A stretch of 64,000 nucleotides of DNA from a virus: the IMG/VR virus record IMGVR_UViG_2795386012_000004; one strand, given 5' to 3'. A model generated the notes under the pieces. It had not been told where the DNA came from and made no database searches. It saw nothing but the letters and a program-made list of their open reading frames with translations. Positions 55,704 through 64,000 of this stretch are shown in pieces. The position numbers and the translations under genes were made by a program. Position 1 is the stretch's first letter. Every line of letters starts with the position of its first letter.

Positions 55704-56854
55704 GTAACGGCACCTCAATATCTGAGCCCGCTATCCGGGTCCTGTCCCTCGGTGCTGGTGTCCAGTCGACAGTGCTGGCGCTCATGGCGTGCGACGGCAC
55801 GCTGCCTGGCCTGGATGCTGCGGTGTTCGCCGATACCGGCTGGGAGCCGCCAGCGGTCTATGAGCAGGTGGATCGGCTCGCCGCCGAGCTTGCCCGGGTG
55901 GATATCCCGTTGTACCGGGTTTCGTCGGGGAACCTGCGGGCCGACACCCTCGACCCGGAAGCGCGATTCGTTTCGGTGCCATGGTTCACCTTGGCGCCCA
56001 AGGCTACCGAGGTGCCTGTTTATGGCGTATGCGCACCCTGCGGCGGCTCCGGCCGAGGACCATCTGGCGAGCCTGATTCATGTTCGGTGTGCGGTGGCGA
56101 CGGCCGTGGGTCGATCGTGGGCACCAGGCTAGCCACTGCCACTGAACGGCACGGCATGGGCCGTCGCCAGTGCACCAGCGAGTACAAGCTCAAGCCGATC
56201 AAGGTCAAGGTGCGCGAGCTGCTGGGCTACCCGCACCCGACACCGGTGCCGCGTGATGTGTTCGCAGAGCAGTGGATCGGCTTCTCCACTGATGAGATCC
56301 ACCGGGTACGCGACCGGCTGGACGTGAACTACTCCCGGCCGCGTTACCCGCTGCTGGAGCTGGGTATGTCCCGCAAGGACTGCCAACGCTGGCTAGAGCG
56401 CGCCGGGTGGGGACACACCGCCAAGAGCGCCTGCATTGGGTGCCCGTTCCACGGCAACGCCCAGTGGCGGTACATGTACGAGCGGCGCGACATCTGCGCG
56501 ACGTGCAATCACCCCCGTGACGACCACTGGCGCGGGTTCGACGAACCGAAGGCGTGCGCGCATCTGTACAACCGCGACCAGCCCGAAGAGATCGCCGATC
56601 TGTGCATGTGTAAGCGGTTCCACTCCCTCTGGGATGACGCGGTCGATTTCGATCGCCGTATCCGCAAGGGCGGCGCCTCGGCCAACCCACTCGACGGCGA
56701 GGCGTTCCTGCACCGCTCACGAGTTCCGTTGGACCTGGCACCAATCGACCGCGTGACACGCGCCGAGTACGCCGACATGCAGCTGGACCTATTCGAGGAC
56801 GGCGACCCGGACGGATGCTCACCGTACGGCTGCCGCAGCGGCGAGGTGGCGTGA
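55700..56854 (+). CDS. PAPS-reductase-like (PP-loop; DndC/IbrA-like) protein with Cys-rich C-terminal half
   Basis: VLSLGAGVQSTVLALMA PP-loop variant; C-terminal CxxC clusters (CAPCGG, CSVCGG, CIGCPFHG, CATCNH). Confidence 0.7.
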   Translation: MSNGTSISEPAIRVLSLGAGVQSTVLALMACDGTLPGLDAAVFADTGWEPPAVYEQVDRLAAELARVDIPLYRVSSGNLRADTLDPEARFVSVPWFTLAPKATEVPVYGVCAPCGGSGRGPSGEPDSCSVCGGDGRGSIVGTRLATATERHGMGRRQCTSEYKLKPIKVKVRELLGYPHPTPVPRDVFAEQWIGFSTDEIHRVRDRLDVNYSRPRYPLLELGMSRKDCQRWLERAGWGHTAKSACIGCPFHGNAQWRYMYERRDICATCNHPRDDHWRGFDEPKACAHLYNRDQPEEIADLCMCKRFHSLWDDAVDFDRRIRKGGASANPLDGEAFLHRSRVPLDLAPIDRVTRAEYADMQLDLFEDGDPDGCSPYGCRSGEVA

Positions 56855-57294
56855 TGGCTGCGCGTAAGTACATCTACCGCGTGGTTGTCGACGAGTGGCC
56901 GACCAAGGACGGCATGCCCTTCATAGACCAAGACTGGCGCTGGTGGGAGCAGATCGTCGACTACTTCCACAACCCCGACGGCGATGACCCGTCGCCCGCC
57001 TGGCTGCCCGATATCACCGGGTACCTGGAAGACCCGGGTGACGAATGGACGCCGGCGGGTTGGGGTAACAAGCCGCGATTCACCCGCCTTGTGTGCGAAC
57101 CCGGAGACGAGCCCGACTACCCGAACGGATACCGGGGCTACGACGACCAGCCCGTGATCGCCGTGCCGATCGCTCCCGCCCGCCGATTCATGCAACGGGC
57201 CCAACCAGACGCGGCGGCAAAACAGCTGCGCGAGTGGGGATGCAAGGCGCACGTGGAACGCGCTGCCCTTGGTGATTGGGAGGCGATGGCCTGA
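56851..57294 (+). CDS. hypothetical protein
   Basis: 147-aa Trp/Asp-rich ORF. Confidence 0.45.
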   Translation: MMAARKYIYRVVVDEWPTKDGMPFIDQDWRWWEQIVDYFHNPDGDDPSPAWLPDITGYLEDPGDEWTPAGWGNKPRFTRLVCEPGDEPDYPNGYRGYDDQPVIAVPIAPARRFMQRAQPDAAAKQLREWGCKAHVERAALGDWEAMA

Positions 57295-57656
57295 TGCCTA
57301 TTCGTCCCGAGAACCGCGATCGCTACCCCAAGGACTGGCCTGAGATCTCGCGCCGAATCCGGTTCGAGCGCGCGCAAGGCCGCTGCGAGTGTGAGGGCGA
57401 GTGCCTGCGCGGTACACACCTCGACCGCTGCCCGAATGTCAACGGGCAGCCCGCCTACGGCACCGGCAGCCGCGTGGTGCTCACCGTGGCGCACCTGAAC
57501 CACACCCCCGAGGACTGCCGGCCCGAGAACCTGCGCGCGATGTGCCAGGGGTGCCACCTGCACTACGACCTAGAGCACCACGTGCAGACGCGCCAGCGGG
57601 CACGCACGGCGGCTCTTGAGGCGCAGATGGATTCGATGTTCGAGGAGGTTTCGTGA
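57294..57656 (+). CDS. HNH endonuclease-like protein
   Basis: CECEGECLRGTHLDRC..VVLTVAHLNH..NLRAMCQGCHLHYD; homolog of 35729..36166. Confidence 0.6.
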   Translation: MPIRPENRDRYPKDWPEISRRIRFERAQGRCECEGECLRGTHLDRCPNVNGQPAYGTGSRVVLTVAHLNHTPEDCRPENLRAMCQGCHLHYDLEHHVQTRQRARTAALEAQMDSMFEEVS

Positions 57657-57718
57657 GGTATAGACGAGCCTGCGTCGAGCGCGCGGGCGGTGTCGAGCCG
57701 GACGGCGTCTCGACCACC

Positions 57719-58300
57719 TCAGAACACGTGGTGACCCTTGCGAACTTCGGGAAGGTCCGATGGCGGAGGTGTTATGTCGGCCAACCGGAAGCGTCTGATC
57801 TGCTGCCGAGATCGCACTCCCCAATCCTTCTTCTTGCGAGTTGGTGGTGGCCACCAACTGATTTGAATGCTCGCCTTATCCCACACGTCGAAGCTCTCTG
57901 CGTTGGCCGTGACGGATATAGAGTCACCGGTTCGCAAAAGGGGAATTGGCTGATGGATCTCCAGTTCTCCGTGACCGGCAGCATTTCCCACAGAACCCGT
58001 CCACGGCTCCCGGCTCAGATGCTCTCCGGAGATGCGCACCTGATGTGCTGTTCCATCGCCAATGTTTTGAAAGATCACGGCTACTTTTGGTGCAGCAACC
58101 CTGTTGCCGACGCCGTCTTGCCCGCCACGTCGGACGAGTCGAATCGACCACTCCGCCTCTGTCCGGTCCTGATACCGCCACCAGATCGCGGTGGCAGTGG
58201 ATGCCGCGGTAGACAGGGCGGTCGCAATCGCGGCGGCAAGACCTACACCGCCCCAGAATCCGACGTCGTGAAGTTGCTCTGCGGCGATCGTGATCATGGA
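57719..58300 (-). CDS. membrane-anchored protein, opposite strand, lower GC (start uncertain)
   Basis: Hydrophobic helix GFWGGVGLAAAIATALSTAASTATAIWW then soluble domain; only minus-strand gene in this plus-strand block. Confidence 0.4.
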   Translation of the reverse strand, partial: SMITIAAEQLHDVGFWGGVGLAAAIATALSTAASTATAIWWRYQDRTEAEWSIRLVRRGGQDGVGNRVAAPKVAVIFQNIGDGTAHQVRISGEHLSREPWTGSVGNAAGHGELEIHQPIPLLRTGDSISVTANAESFDVWDKASIQISWWPPPTRKKKDWGVRSRQQIRRFRLADITPPPSDLPEVRKGHHVF

Positions 58301-58535
58301 CGCAAAGGGTACGTCTTCAGTCGGGTGTTCGTAGTGAATCGCGATGGCGCTCTTCACGCCGCCCTTAGCCTCCTCCTTCACCTTGGCGGTGTCTGTGAGT
58401 GAGTTGTTGCCCCGGGTGCTGTTCACGTATGCCGAATGCCGCGCTCTGGGCCGCTGCACGTACTGCGGCTGGCACCCACCCACGCAGGGCCACCACCCGA
58501 ATTGCCCACGCCCACAGAAACGGAAGGGACATCGA

Positions 58536-58828
58536 TGAGTCGGAACTGGCAGGCCCGCGCAGTGTGCCGGGACGAAGACCCCGAGCTGTTCTTCCCTGAC
58601 CCGTCCGACACCGTGACTGCGCGGGCAGCCCAGGCTGTGTGCGCGAAATGTCCTGTGAGGCCACAGTGCCGGACCGCCGCCAGCACGAGACGCGAACCGT
58701 ACGGGATCTGGGGCGGCGTCAACCGCGAGCTGGACGCGGACAGGCGACGACGATCCGCCTTTTCACCCCCGACGAATGAAATCAGCACACCGCCCACCAC
58801 CCCGACCACCGCAGAGGCAGCACAGTGA
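58536..58828 (+). CDS. whiB: WhiB-family Fe-S transcription factor
   Basis: Four Cys (AVCRDEDPELFF.. C-AKC-PVRPQC) and GIWGG turn motif. Confidence 0.8.
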
Positions 58829-59982
58829 CGACCCGCGAGTACGCCAAAAACCTGTTCGCCCAATGGTCCGACGACGACTTCTGCAACCAGCCGATCTTCG
58901 ACAAGCTGTTCTTCCAGGTCCTCAATGGGCAGCGCGCCGTCAATGCCGCCGGCATCCAGCCGATCAACTTCACTCGCTGGCGCAAGGCCATGCGCGACGG
59001 CGACCACCTGCCCGCTGTGGGCGACCTGCAGGCTGCGCTGGTTCGCATGGAGCGCCGCGGCTTCGTGTTCACCGACGAGGACACGGGGGAGGTGCTGGTG
59101 CGGTCCCGGATCCGCCGCGACGAACTGGACAAGCAGCCCACCATGTTCCTGGCCGCGCTGCGCCTCCTGGCCGTCATCGACTCGCCCAAGTTCGCCGCCG
59201 TGCTCGCCGACGAGCTCGACCGTATGGACGTCCCGGAAGTGAAGGGGGACAAGGACTACGCCAAGCGTCTGCGCGACTCCATCAACGACACCCACCGGGC
59301 GGCCCGCGCACATCTCAAGACCCTGGCCGACGGATACCCGCAGCCGTTCCCCGAACCGTTCGACGGACTCACCGAGGGACCCACCCCTAGACCCTCTACG
59401 GGACCCTCCGAAGGACCCTCCGAAGGACCCACCCAAGGACCCACCCAAGGACCCACCTCGGGAGGGTCTACGGGACCCACCCCGTCACCTGGGGAAACAG
59501 GACCCACCCCGGGACCCTCCCCGAGACCCACCCAGGGACCCTCGGGTTCTGGTTCAGGTTCAGGTTCTCTCACCTTGGTAACTACTCAAGTGGGGGGTAC
59601 GCGTGCGCGCGCACACGAGACCGCCGAACCCACACCAGCGCCAGACGAACCCCCCACACGATGCAAAGCCCACCGCGACAACCCCGACGCCATCGAGGAC
59701 AACTGCGGCCCCTGCGCCAACTTCCGCAAGGCACACGAACGCTGGACCGAACACCAAACACGCGCCCAAGCCCAAGCCAGGGCAGACGCCCTCCACCAGG
59801 CCGCCCAACTCCGCGCCCACGCCATCGCCGCCTGCGACCTCTGCGACCCAGACGGCTACCTCCCCGGCACCAGCACCGTCTGCAACCACAACCCCACCCA
59901 AGCCGAGACCAACGCCCGCGGACGCCAACTCGTCCACGCCGCACTCCGCAGCCGAACCCAGCAGGAGACCGACGATGCGTGA
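58825..59982 (+). CDS. hypothetical protein with Gly/Pro/Thr low-complexity linker and Cys-rich C-terminus
   Basis: GPSEGPSEGPTQGPTQGPT..GSGSGSGS linker; CKAHRDNPDAIEDNCGPC and CDLCDPDG clusters. Confidence 0.5.
   Translation: MTTREYAKNLFAQWSDDDFCNQPIFDKLFFQVLNGQRAVNAAGIQPINFTRWRKAMRDGDHLPAVGDLQAALVRMERRGFVFTDEDTGEVLVRSRIRRDELDKQPTMFLAALRLLAVIDSPKFAAVLADELDRMDVPEVKGDKDYAKRLRDSINDTHRAARAHLKTLADGYPQPFPEPFDGLTEGPTPRPSTGPSEGPSEGPTQGPTQGPTSGGSTGPTPSPGETGPTPGPSPRPTQGPSGSGSGSGSLTLVTTQVGGTRARAHETAEPTPAPDEPPTRCKAHRDNPDAIEDNCGPCANFRKAHERWTEHQTRAQAQARADALHQAAQLRAHAIAACDLCDPDGYLPGTSTVCNHNPTQAETNARGRQLVHAALRSRTQQETDDA
59395..59575 (+). repeat. short tandem repeats inside CDS (15-mer ggaccctccgaagga x2, cccacccaaggac x2, ggttca x3)
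   Basis: Direct reading of the DNA. Confidence 0.7.
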
Positions 59983-60259
59983 CCCCTACGACCCCTGGGC
60001 CGACGAACAAGCCCACCTCGCAGAACTCGCCCAAGCCCAAGACCTCGACGCCATACGCAGCTGCACCCACTGCGACCACCAAGGCATCCGACCCAACGGC
60101 CTCACCTGCCGCCACATCGACCACGCCGCAGCCGCCAAACGAGGACTCGCCACCATCCGCGCCCAAATGGGCTGGAACACCCCCACAGGCACAACCACCC
60201 CACAAACCAGCCAAAAACCGCCCCACGACGCCACCAGCAGCCAAAAAACACCCCTGTAA
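59975..60259 (+). CDS. Cys/His-rich hypothetical protein
   Basis: CTHCDHQGIRPNGLTCRHIDH. Confidence 0.4.
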   Translation: MRDPYDPWADEQAHLAELAQAQDLDAIRSCTHCDHQGIRPNGLTCRHIDHAAAAKRGLATIRAQMGWNTPTGTTTPQTSQKPPHDATSSQKTPL

Positions 60260-60345
60260 CTCACCCCCACCACCCAAAAACCCCGAACCATCAACCACCC
60301 AGCCCAAACCCCAGCCAGCACCCCCAACAAAGAAAATCCACCACC

Positions 60346-60834
60346 ATGCCGCCAGTCATGAACCGCCAAGGCTCAAACCAACGCGCCGAAAAAGCCTGGC
60401 AGCTCCACATCGCCGGACGCACGTGGCGCGAAGTCGCCGAGGTCACGGGCTTCAAATCGCCCCAATCGGCCCAGAAAGCCGCCATGTCGTGGCTCAAGAA
60501 GAACCCGCCGTCCACCCTCGAAATCGCGCGCCGCGCGAACGGTGACGGCATCCGCCAGGTTCGCGGAATGCTGATGGAGACCATGGCGAAGGCCAAGGCC
60601 AAGGGGGAGCACCGCACCGTTTCTGAGCTGGGCCGCGCGGTACTCGACAGCTACGAGAAGGAGGCGAAGCTGTGGGGTCTGTTCGTCGTTGTGCCTGAGG
60701 AGGTCAACGTGAACGTCACGACCGCCGTGGCGGTGCTGGAGCGCGCCGAGGCCGAGCTACTGGCACTGGCTGCGGCCGGCCAGCCCGCTATCTCGGCGCA
60801 GCCCGTCATCGATGCCGAGGTGGTTGAGCCGTGA
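60346..60834 (+). CDS. HTH DNA-binding protein
   Basis: GRTWREVAEVTGFKSPQSAQKAAMSWLKK HTH-like segment. Confidence 0.45.
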   Translation: MPPVMNRQGSNQRAEKAWQLHIAGRTWREVAEVTGFKSPQSAQKAAMSWLKKNPPSTLEIARRANGDGIRQVRGMLMETMAKAKAKGEHRTVSELGRAVLDSYEKEAKLWGLFVVVPEEVNVNVTTAVAVLERAEAELLALAAAGQPAISAQPVIDAEVVEP

Positions 60835-61175
60835 CCGCCCCGACCGACCCTGCGCAGGATGCGATCAAGGCCGCGATGTTGGTCGCCAAGGACGTGGCTG
60901 AGGGGCGGCTGGACCCGGCCGCGTTGAACGCCGCAGTCGTGGCCGAGTGCCGCGAGCTGTTCGCGTTCGTGTCCGGGCCCGGAGATCCGTTGTGGGACAT
61001 CCACGTCGAGGTGGCCCGCCAGGTGCTCGCCCTCGATGGCATACCGGTCGACGAGCTGGCTGAGTGGCTGGCCGTGACCCGCCGGGCGCAGGGCGTCGAA
61101 GCGCCGGCCGATTCGTGGATGGCGCGCGTACTGGAGCAGCTGGCCGACGAGGACGACGAGGCCGAGCCAGTCTAA
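60831..61175 (+). CDS. hypothetical acidic protein
   Basis: 114-aa ORF, GTGA overlap. Confidence 0.4.
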   Translation: MTAPTDPAQDAIKAAMLVAKDVAEGRLDPAALNAAVVAECRELFAFVSGPGDPLWDIHVEVARQVLALDGIPVDELAEWLAVTRRAQGVEAPADSWMARVLEQLADEDDEAEPV

Positions 61176-61319
61176 CTGGGGTATACCCGTGCCGGACTGT
61201 TGGACCGGCGCAGGATATCGGCGCTGACCTGTGCATACGATGTCTAAAAAGGGTGGTTGGCGAATTGTTAGACAGTGATCTAATGTGGTCTAGAACCTAG
61301 TTAGAAAAGGGGAGTTCAC
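61176..61319 (+). promoter_or_regulatory. AT-richer intergenic region with promoter-like elements and strong RBS
   Basis: ttgttagacagtgatctaatgtggtctagaacctag; AAAGGGGAG 8 nt before ATG 61320. Confidence 0.35.
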
Positions 61320-61565
61320 ATGACCACCAACACCACCAACGCACCCGCAGTCGGATACCTCACCAGCTTCGCCGCCGCCTACCAGGTCGAAGGCGTCACC
61401 GAAGAGCAGGCGGTCGCGATCGAGTCGCGTGTCCGGCAGGCCCTCGCAAGCACGCTCGAGGAGCTGGCCACAACGATCGCTTTCGATGTGGCAGGCATTG
61501 ATCGCCGGGTGCTGGCAGTCCGAGTCGACGCTCAGCACCACGCACCAGAGGGGTACGACCTCTGA
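61320..61565 (+). CDS. hypothetical protein
   Basis: 81 aa, strong RBS. Confidence 0.5.
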   Translation: MTTNTTNAPAVGYLTSFAAAYQVEGVTEEQAVAIESRVRQALASTLEELATTIAFDVAGIDRRVLAVRVDAQHHAPEGYDL

Positions 61566-61939
61566 TGAGCGCGGCTGACGGCAGCGACAAGCTGCAAGCC
61601 GCGATCAACACCCGCACCACGCCACAACTGCTGTCCTACATGGCCCACCTCGAGACCATGACCGCCACGTCAGAGACCCGCCTCCTCGGCGCCCTAATCG
61701 CCGACGTCATCACCGAACGTGAGGGCATCGACGACGCGCTCAACAAGGTGTTCGCGAGTGAGACGTTCGAAGGTACCTACCTCGACGCGATCCGCGCAGC
61801 GCTGGCCGACCGACGCGTCAAACACCGGCACACCGGCGCCGAGGGCATGTTGCTCAACGCGCGTGGCCGGCCGATCGCGATCGTCCACTGGGACGGCCAA
61901 CCACTACCGACCTGGGCCGACTGGTCCGACCTCGAATGA
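61565..61939 (+). CDS. hypothetical protein
   Basis: 124 aa, ATGA overlap. Confidence 0.45.
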   Translation: MSAADGSDKLQAAINTRTTPQLLSYMAHLETMTATSETRLLGALIADVITEREGIDDALNKVFASETFEGTYLDAIRAALADRRVKHRHTGAEGMLLNARGRPIAIVHWDGQPLPTWADWSDLE

Positions 61940-61961
61940 CCCTCAACCCGAAAGGACCCAG

Positions 61962-62126
61962 ATGACCACCCCTATCGCTTTCGCCACACTGGATACGCTC
62001 ACTGAAGAAGTCCGCCGACGCACAGGTGGCAAGCTGCTCGGGGAGATGACTGCCGAAGAACTTCGGGCCGCATTCGCCGATGGCCCGATCCAATTCCGGG
62101 GAGGCAAGGTGGTCCGCTGTGACTGA
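61962..62126 (+). CDS. small hypothetical protein (54 aa)
   Basis: ATG with GAAAGGA RBS. Confidence 0.35.
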   Translation: MTTPIAFATLDTLTEEVRRRTGGKLLGEMTAEELRAAFADGPIQFRGGKVVRCD

Positions 62127-62736
62127 CCGCAACACCAGACAAGCCGCTGCCGAAGGGGTGACGGGGCAGCAGGTCGGCTACGTGCGGGTGTCGACCCTCG
62201 ATCAGAACACCGAACGCCAGCTCGACGGCATCCAGGTTGATAAGCGGTTCGAGGACAAGGCAAGCGGCAAGGACACCGCCCGGCCAGCACTCACCCAGGC
62301 GCTCGGCTACGTACGCGAGGGCGACACTCTGGTGGTCCACTCGATGGATCGCCTTGCGCGGTCGCTGGAGGATCTGCGGCGCACCGTGCGGGAGCTGACC
62401 GCTCGGGGCGTGCGGGTCCACTTCGTCAAGGAGAATCTGACGTTCACGGGCGACGATTCGCCGATGTCCACGCTGCTGCTGTCGATGCTGGGCGCGGTGG
62501 CCGAGTTCGAGCGGTCGATGATCCGGGAGCGTCAGCGTGAAGGCATCGAGCTCGCGAAGGCCAAGGGCGTATACAAGGGCCGCAAGCCGGCGTTGACCGA
62601 GGAGCAGACCGCCGTGGTGTTGGAGCGTCTGGCCGGCGGCGAGCACCCAGCCGATTTAGCACGCGAGTTCGGGGTATCGCGCGCCACGGTCTACAACGTA
62701 CGGGCACGAGCGGTGACCGACGGAGATGCTGGCTGA
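62119..62736 (+). CDS. small serine recombinase (resolvase/invertase family)
   Basis: VGYVRVSTLDQNTERQ catalytic Ser motif; C-terminal HTH LAREFGVSRATVYNV. Confidence 0.8.
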   Translation: MTDRNTRQAAAEGVTGQQVGYVRVSTLDQNTERQLDGIQVDKRFEDKASGKDTARPALTQALGYVREGDTLVVHSMDRLARSLEDLRRTVRELTARGVRVHFVKENLTFTGDDSPMSTLLLSMLGAVAEFERSMIRERQREGIELAKAKGVYKGRKPALTEEQTAVVLERLAGGEHPADLAREFGVSRATVYNVRARAVTDGDAG

Positions 62737-62854
62737 TGCGGGTTTGTAGCTTGCGTGGCATGCGGGGAAAGGCAATCACTCTCGGTCAGTCCCCGGGCGC
62801 TGCGGGCTTGGTGGGGGTTGCCGCCGCCTCAACGGTCATAACTGGATAGCTGCC

Positions 62855-63094
62855 TTATGGGAGCGACCGTCCCGTTGAGTGCGGCGCTGGCCTGTTCGCC
62901 CGGCGTCGAAATGGGTAGGGGTTGTTGGGCCCGCCTCGGCTGCGCAGTTGTGTTCCCGCGGCGACGAGGGCGTCGTGGACGTACCCGTACGAGTGGCCAT
63001 GGGTAGACGCGATTGTGCGGATGCTGGCGCCGGCCTCGTACTCGGCTTTCAAGACCGCACGTTCGGATGCACGTCGAGCGCCGTACAGTTTCAC
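62855..63094 (-). CDS. HTH DNA-binding protein
   Basis: AEYEAGASIRTIASTHGHSYGYVHDAL HTH. Confidence 0.45.
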   Translation of the reverse strand: MKLYGARRASERAVLKAEYEAGASIRTIASTHGHSYGYVHDALVAAGTQLRSRGGPNNPYPFRRRANRPAPHSTGRSLP

Positions 63095-63501
63095 CAGATC
63101 CCCCCACCCAAGTTGCCGATCCGGTGGATGTTAACAACGGAGCAAGGACTGCGGTGGCGTCGGGTGGTGCCCTCATCGCTTCGCCGGCATGGCGGCTCCA
63201 CAGCACGCGGGGAACCAGGGTGATGAAATCGACTGCTGGTTGACAAGGTAGCTGCCAGCTTCTACCGTGCCAATAGTCAGCCTTTTTCGCGGATTCAGTC
63301 TTTCCTCATACGAATGAGGTAGTGGGACGGGCTCGACAGTGCGACGGGGGCGATAACAGGATGACGGCCACGATGGGTTGTAGCCGCGTGTATCGGGCCC
63401 ACCGCCACACCAGAACCGCTTCGGCAACTTCAGCAGTACTTGCTGACATATCCGCCGGCCGCAACATCTTTCACACGCTTTCGGGGAGGGAACACTAGCC
63501 G

Positions 63502-64000
63502 ATGACAGGTACCAACAGCGAGGGTTCGGCCCGCCCCCACAGTGACGAAGAGCCCACGCAAACCTTGCCTGCTGCGGCATCGCCCGCGCCGGAGTTGGCG
63601 GGGGTGGGGGCCGGAATCGTTGGGGCCGTGTTGACGGCTGTCGGGGTGTGGGGCTTGCACGTGCTGACACGCGGCGACGGGGTAGCTGGGGCGGCGGGAT
63701 GGGTGATCCTGCTGTGTTTGGCCTTCAGTGCCCTGGGTAAGGGCATCGGCTTGCTGCGCCGCGCACTAGCCCCTGTCTCGGCGGTGTTGTCAGCGTCGGT
63801 AGCGCCCATCCCAGCCCCGACGCGGGCCGTAGCCGGGATCGGTGTCGGCGCCGCGGGTCTCTGGTCGGTGCTGCGCGGGCATGCCGCCACATGGTGGGCG
63901 CAACTGACCGGCACGGATATGACGGGCACGGATGCTGCGTGGTCACTGCCTTCACAGTTGGCGCAGGTGGCCATTGTGGCGGTCGCCGGAGTGCTGCTAT
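63502..64000 (+). CDS. membrane protein (5' part; continues past window end)
   Basis: Open frame MTGTNSEGSARPHSDEEPTQ.. with multiple hydrophobic helices. Confidence 0.35.
   Translation, partial: MTGTNSEGSARPHSDEEPTQTLPAAASPAPELAGVGAGIVGAVLTAVGVWGLHVLTRGDGVAGAAGWVILLCLAFSALGKGIGLLRRALAPVSAVLSASVAPIPAPTRAVAGIGVGAAGLWSVLRGHAATWWAQLTGTDMTGTDAAWSLPSQLAQVAIVAVAGVLL

Larger units (their letters stand above)
44050..62736. mobile_element. Integrative element/prophage 2 (right boundary not identified; may continue past window end)
   Basis: Second tyrosine integrase directly downstream of the tRNA core, own repressor/Cro switch, Xis, RecT/YqaJ/RusA module, MTase, WhiB, serine recombinase. Confidence 0.6.

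Noticed and set aside
57653-58402. Plus-strand 249-aa ORF overlapping the minus-strand membrane protein gene
   Set aside because: Its composition is Arg/Trp/Cys-rich nonsense, while the opposite-strand frame encodes a coherent TM plus soluble-domain protein.
60346-60834. HTH protein as small terminase subunit of element 2
   Set aside because: It is not adjacent to any large terminase gene in the window, so the HTH alone is insufficient.
62737-63500. Right att site of element 2
   Set aside because: No copy of the tRNA core (ggttcgagtcccctta gctcca) was found in this region, so the boundary is left undetermined.

Overview
High-GC (~65%) actinobacterial (Mycobacterium-like) DNA. The window is almost entirely temperate-phage sequence, arranged as two integrative elements in tandem. 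Element 1 (1..~44049, left end continues beyond the window) is a siphovirus-type prophage. Nearly all its genes are on the minus strand. Reading from high to low coordinates it carries: an integrase and immunity switch (Cro-like HTH, 443-aa double-HTH repressor-like protein, ImmA/IrrE metallopeptidase, DUF3263); an early/replication region (HNH endonucleases, PD-(D/E)XK exonuclease, SPFH/band-7 protein, RtcB RNA ligase, Prim-Pol primase, PriCT/D5-like helicase, endonuclease VII); then terminase, portal, MuF-like protein, scaffold, capsid, connectors, major tail protein, tail assembly chaperones with a CCCAAAC -1 frameshift site, tape measure protein and a long run of glycine-rich/collagen-like minor tail proteins. 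The two elements meet at 43826..44123, where a 3' fragment of a tRNA-Ala gene (T-arm plus acceptor stem UAGCUCC-A-CCA) sits between two tyrosine integrase genes with arm-type direct repeats on either side. Element 2 (44124..>62.7 kb, plus strand) has its own integrase, a lower-GC membrane protein, a divergent repressor/Cro switch with three CCGGAwwTCCGG operators, an excisionase, a YqaJ-exonuclease/RecT/RusA recombination module, a C5 DNA methyltransferase, a PAPS-reductase-like (DndC/IbrA-like) protein, HNH endonuclease, WhiB, and a small serine recombinase. Coordinates of starts are approximate (+/-3 nt; the ORF track uses ATG/GTG/TTG starts). No CRISPR array, rRNA or complete tRNA was found.
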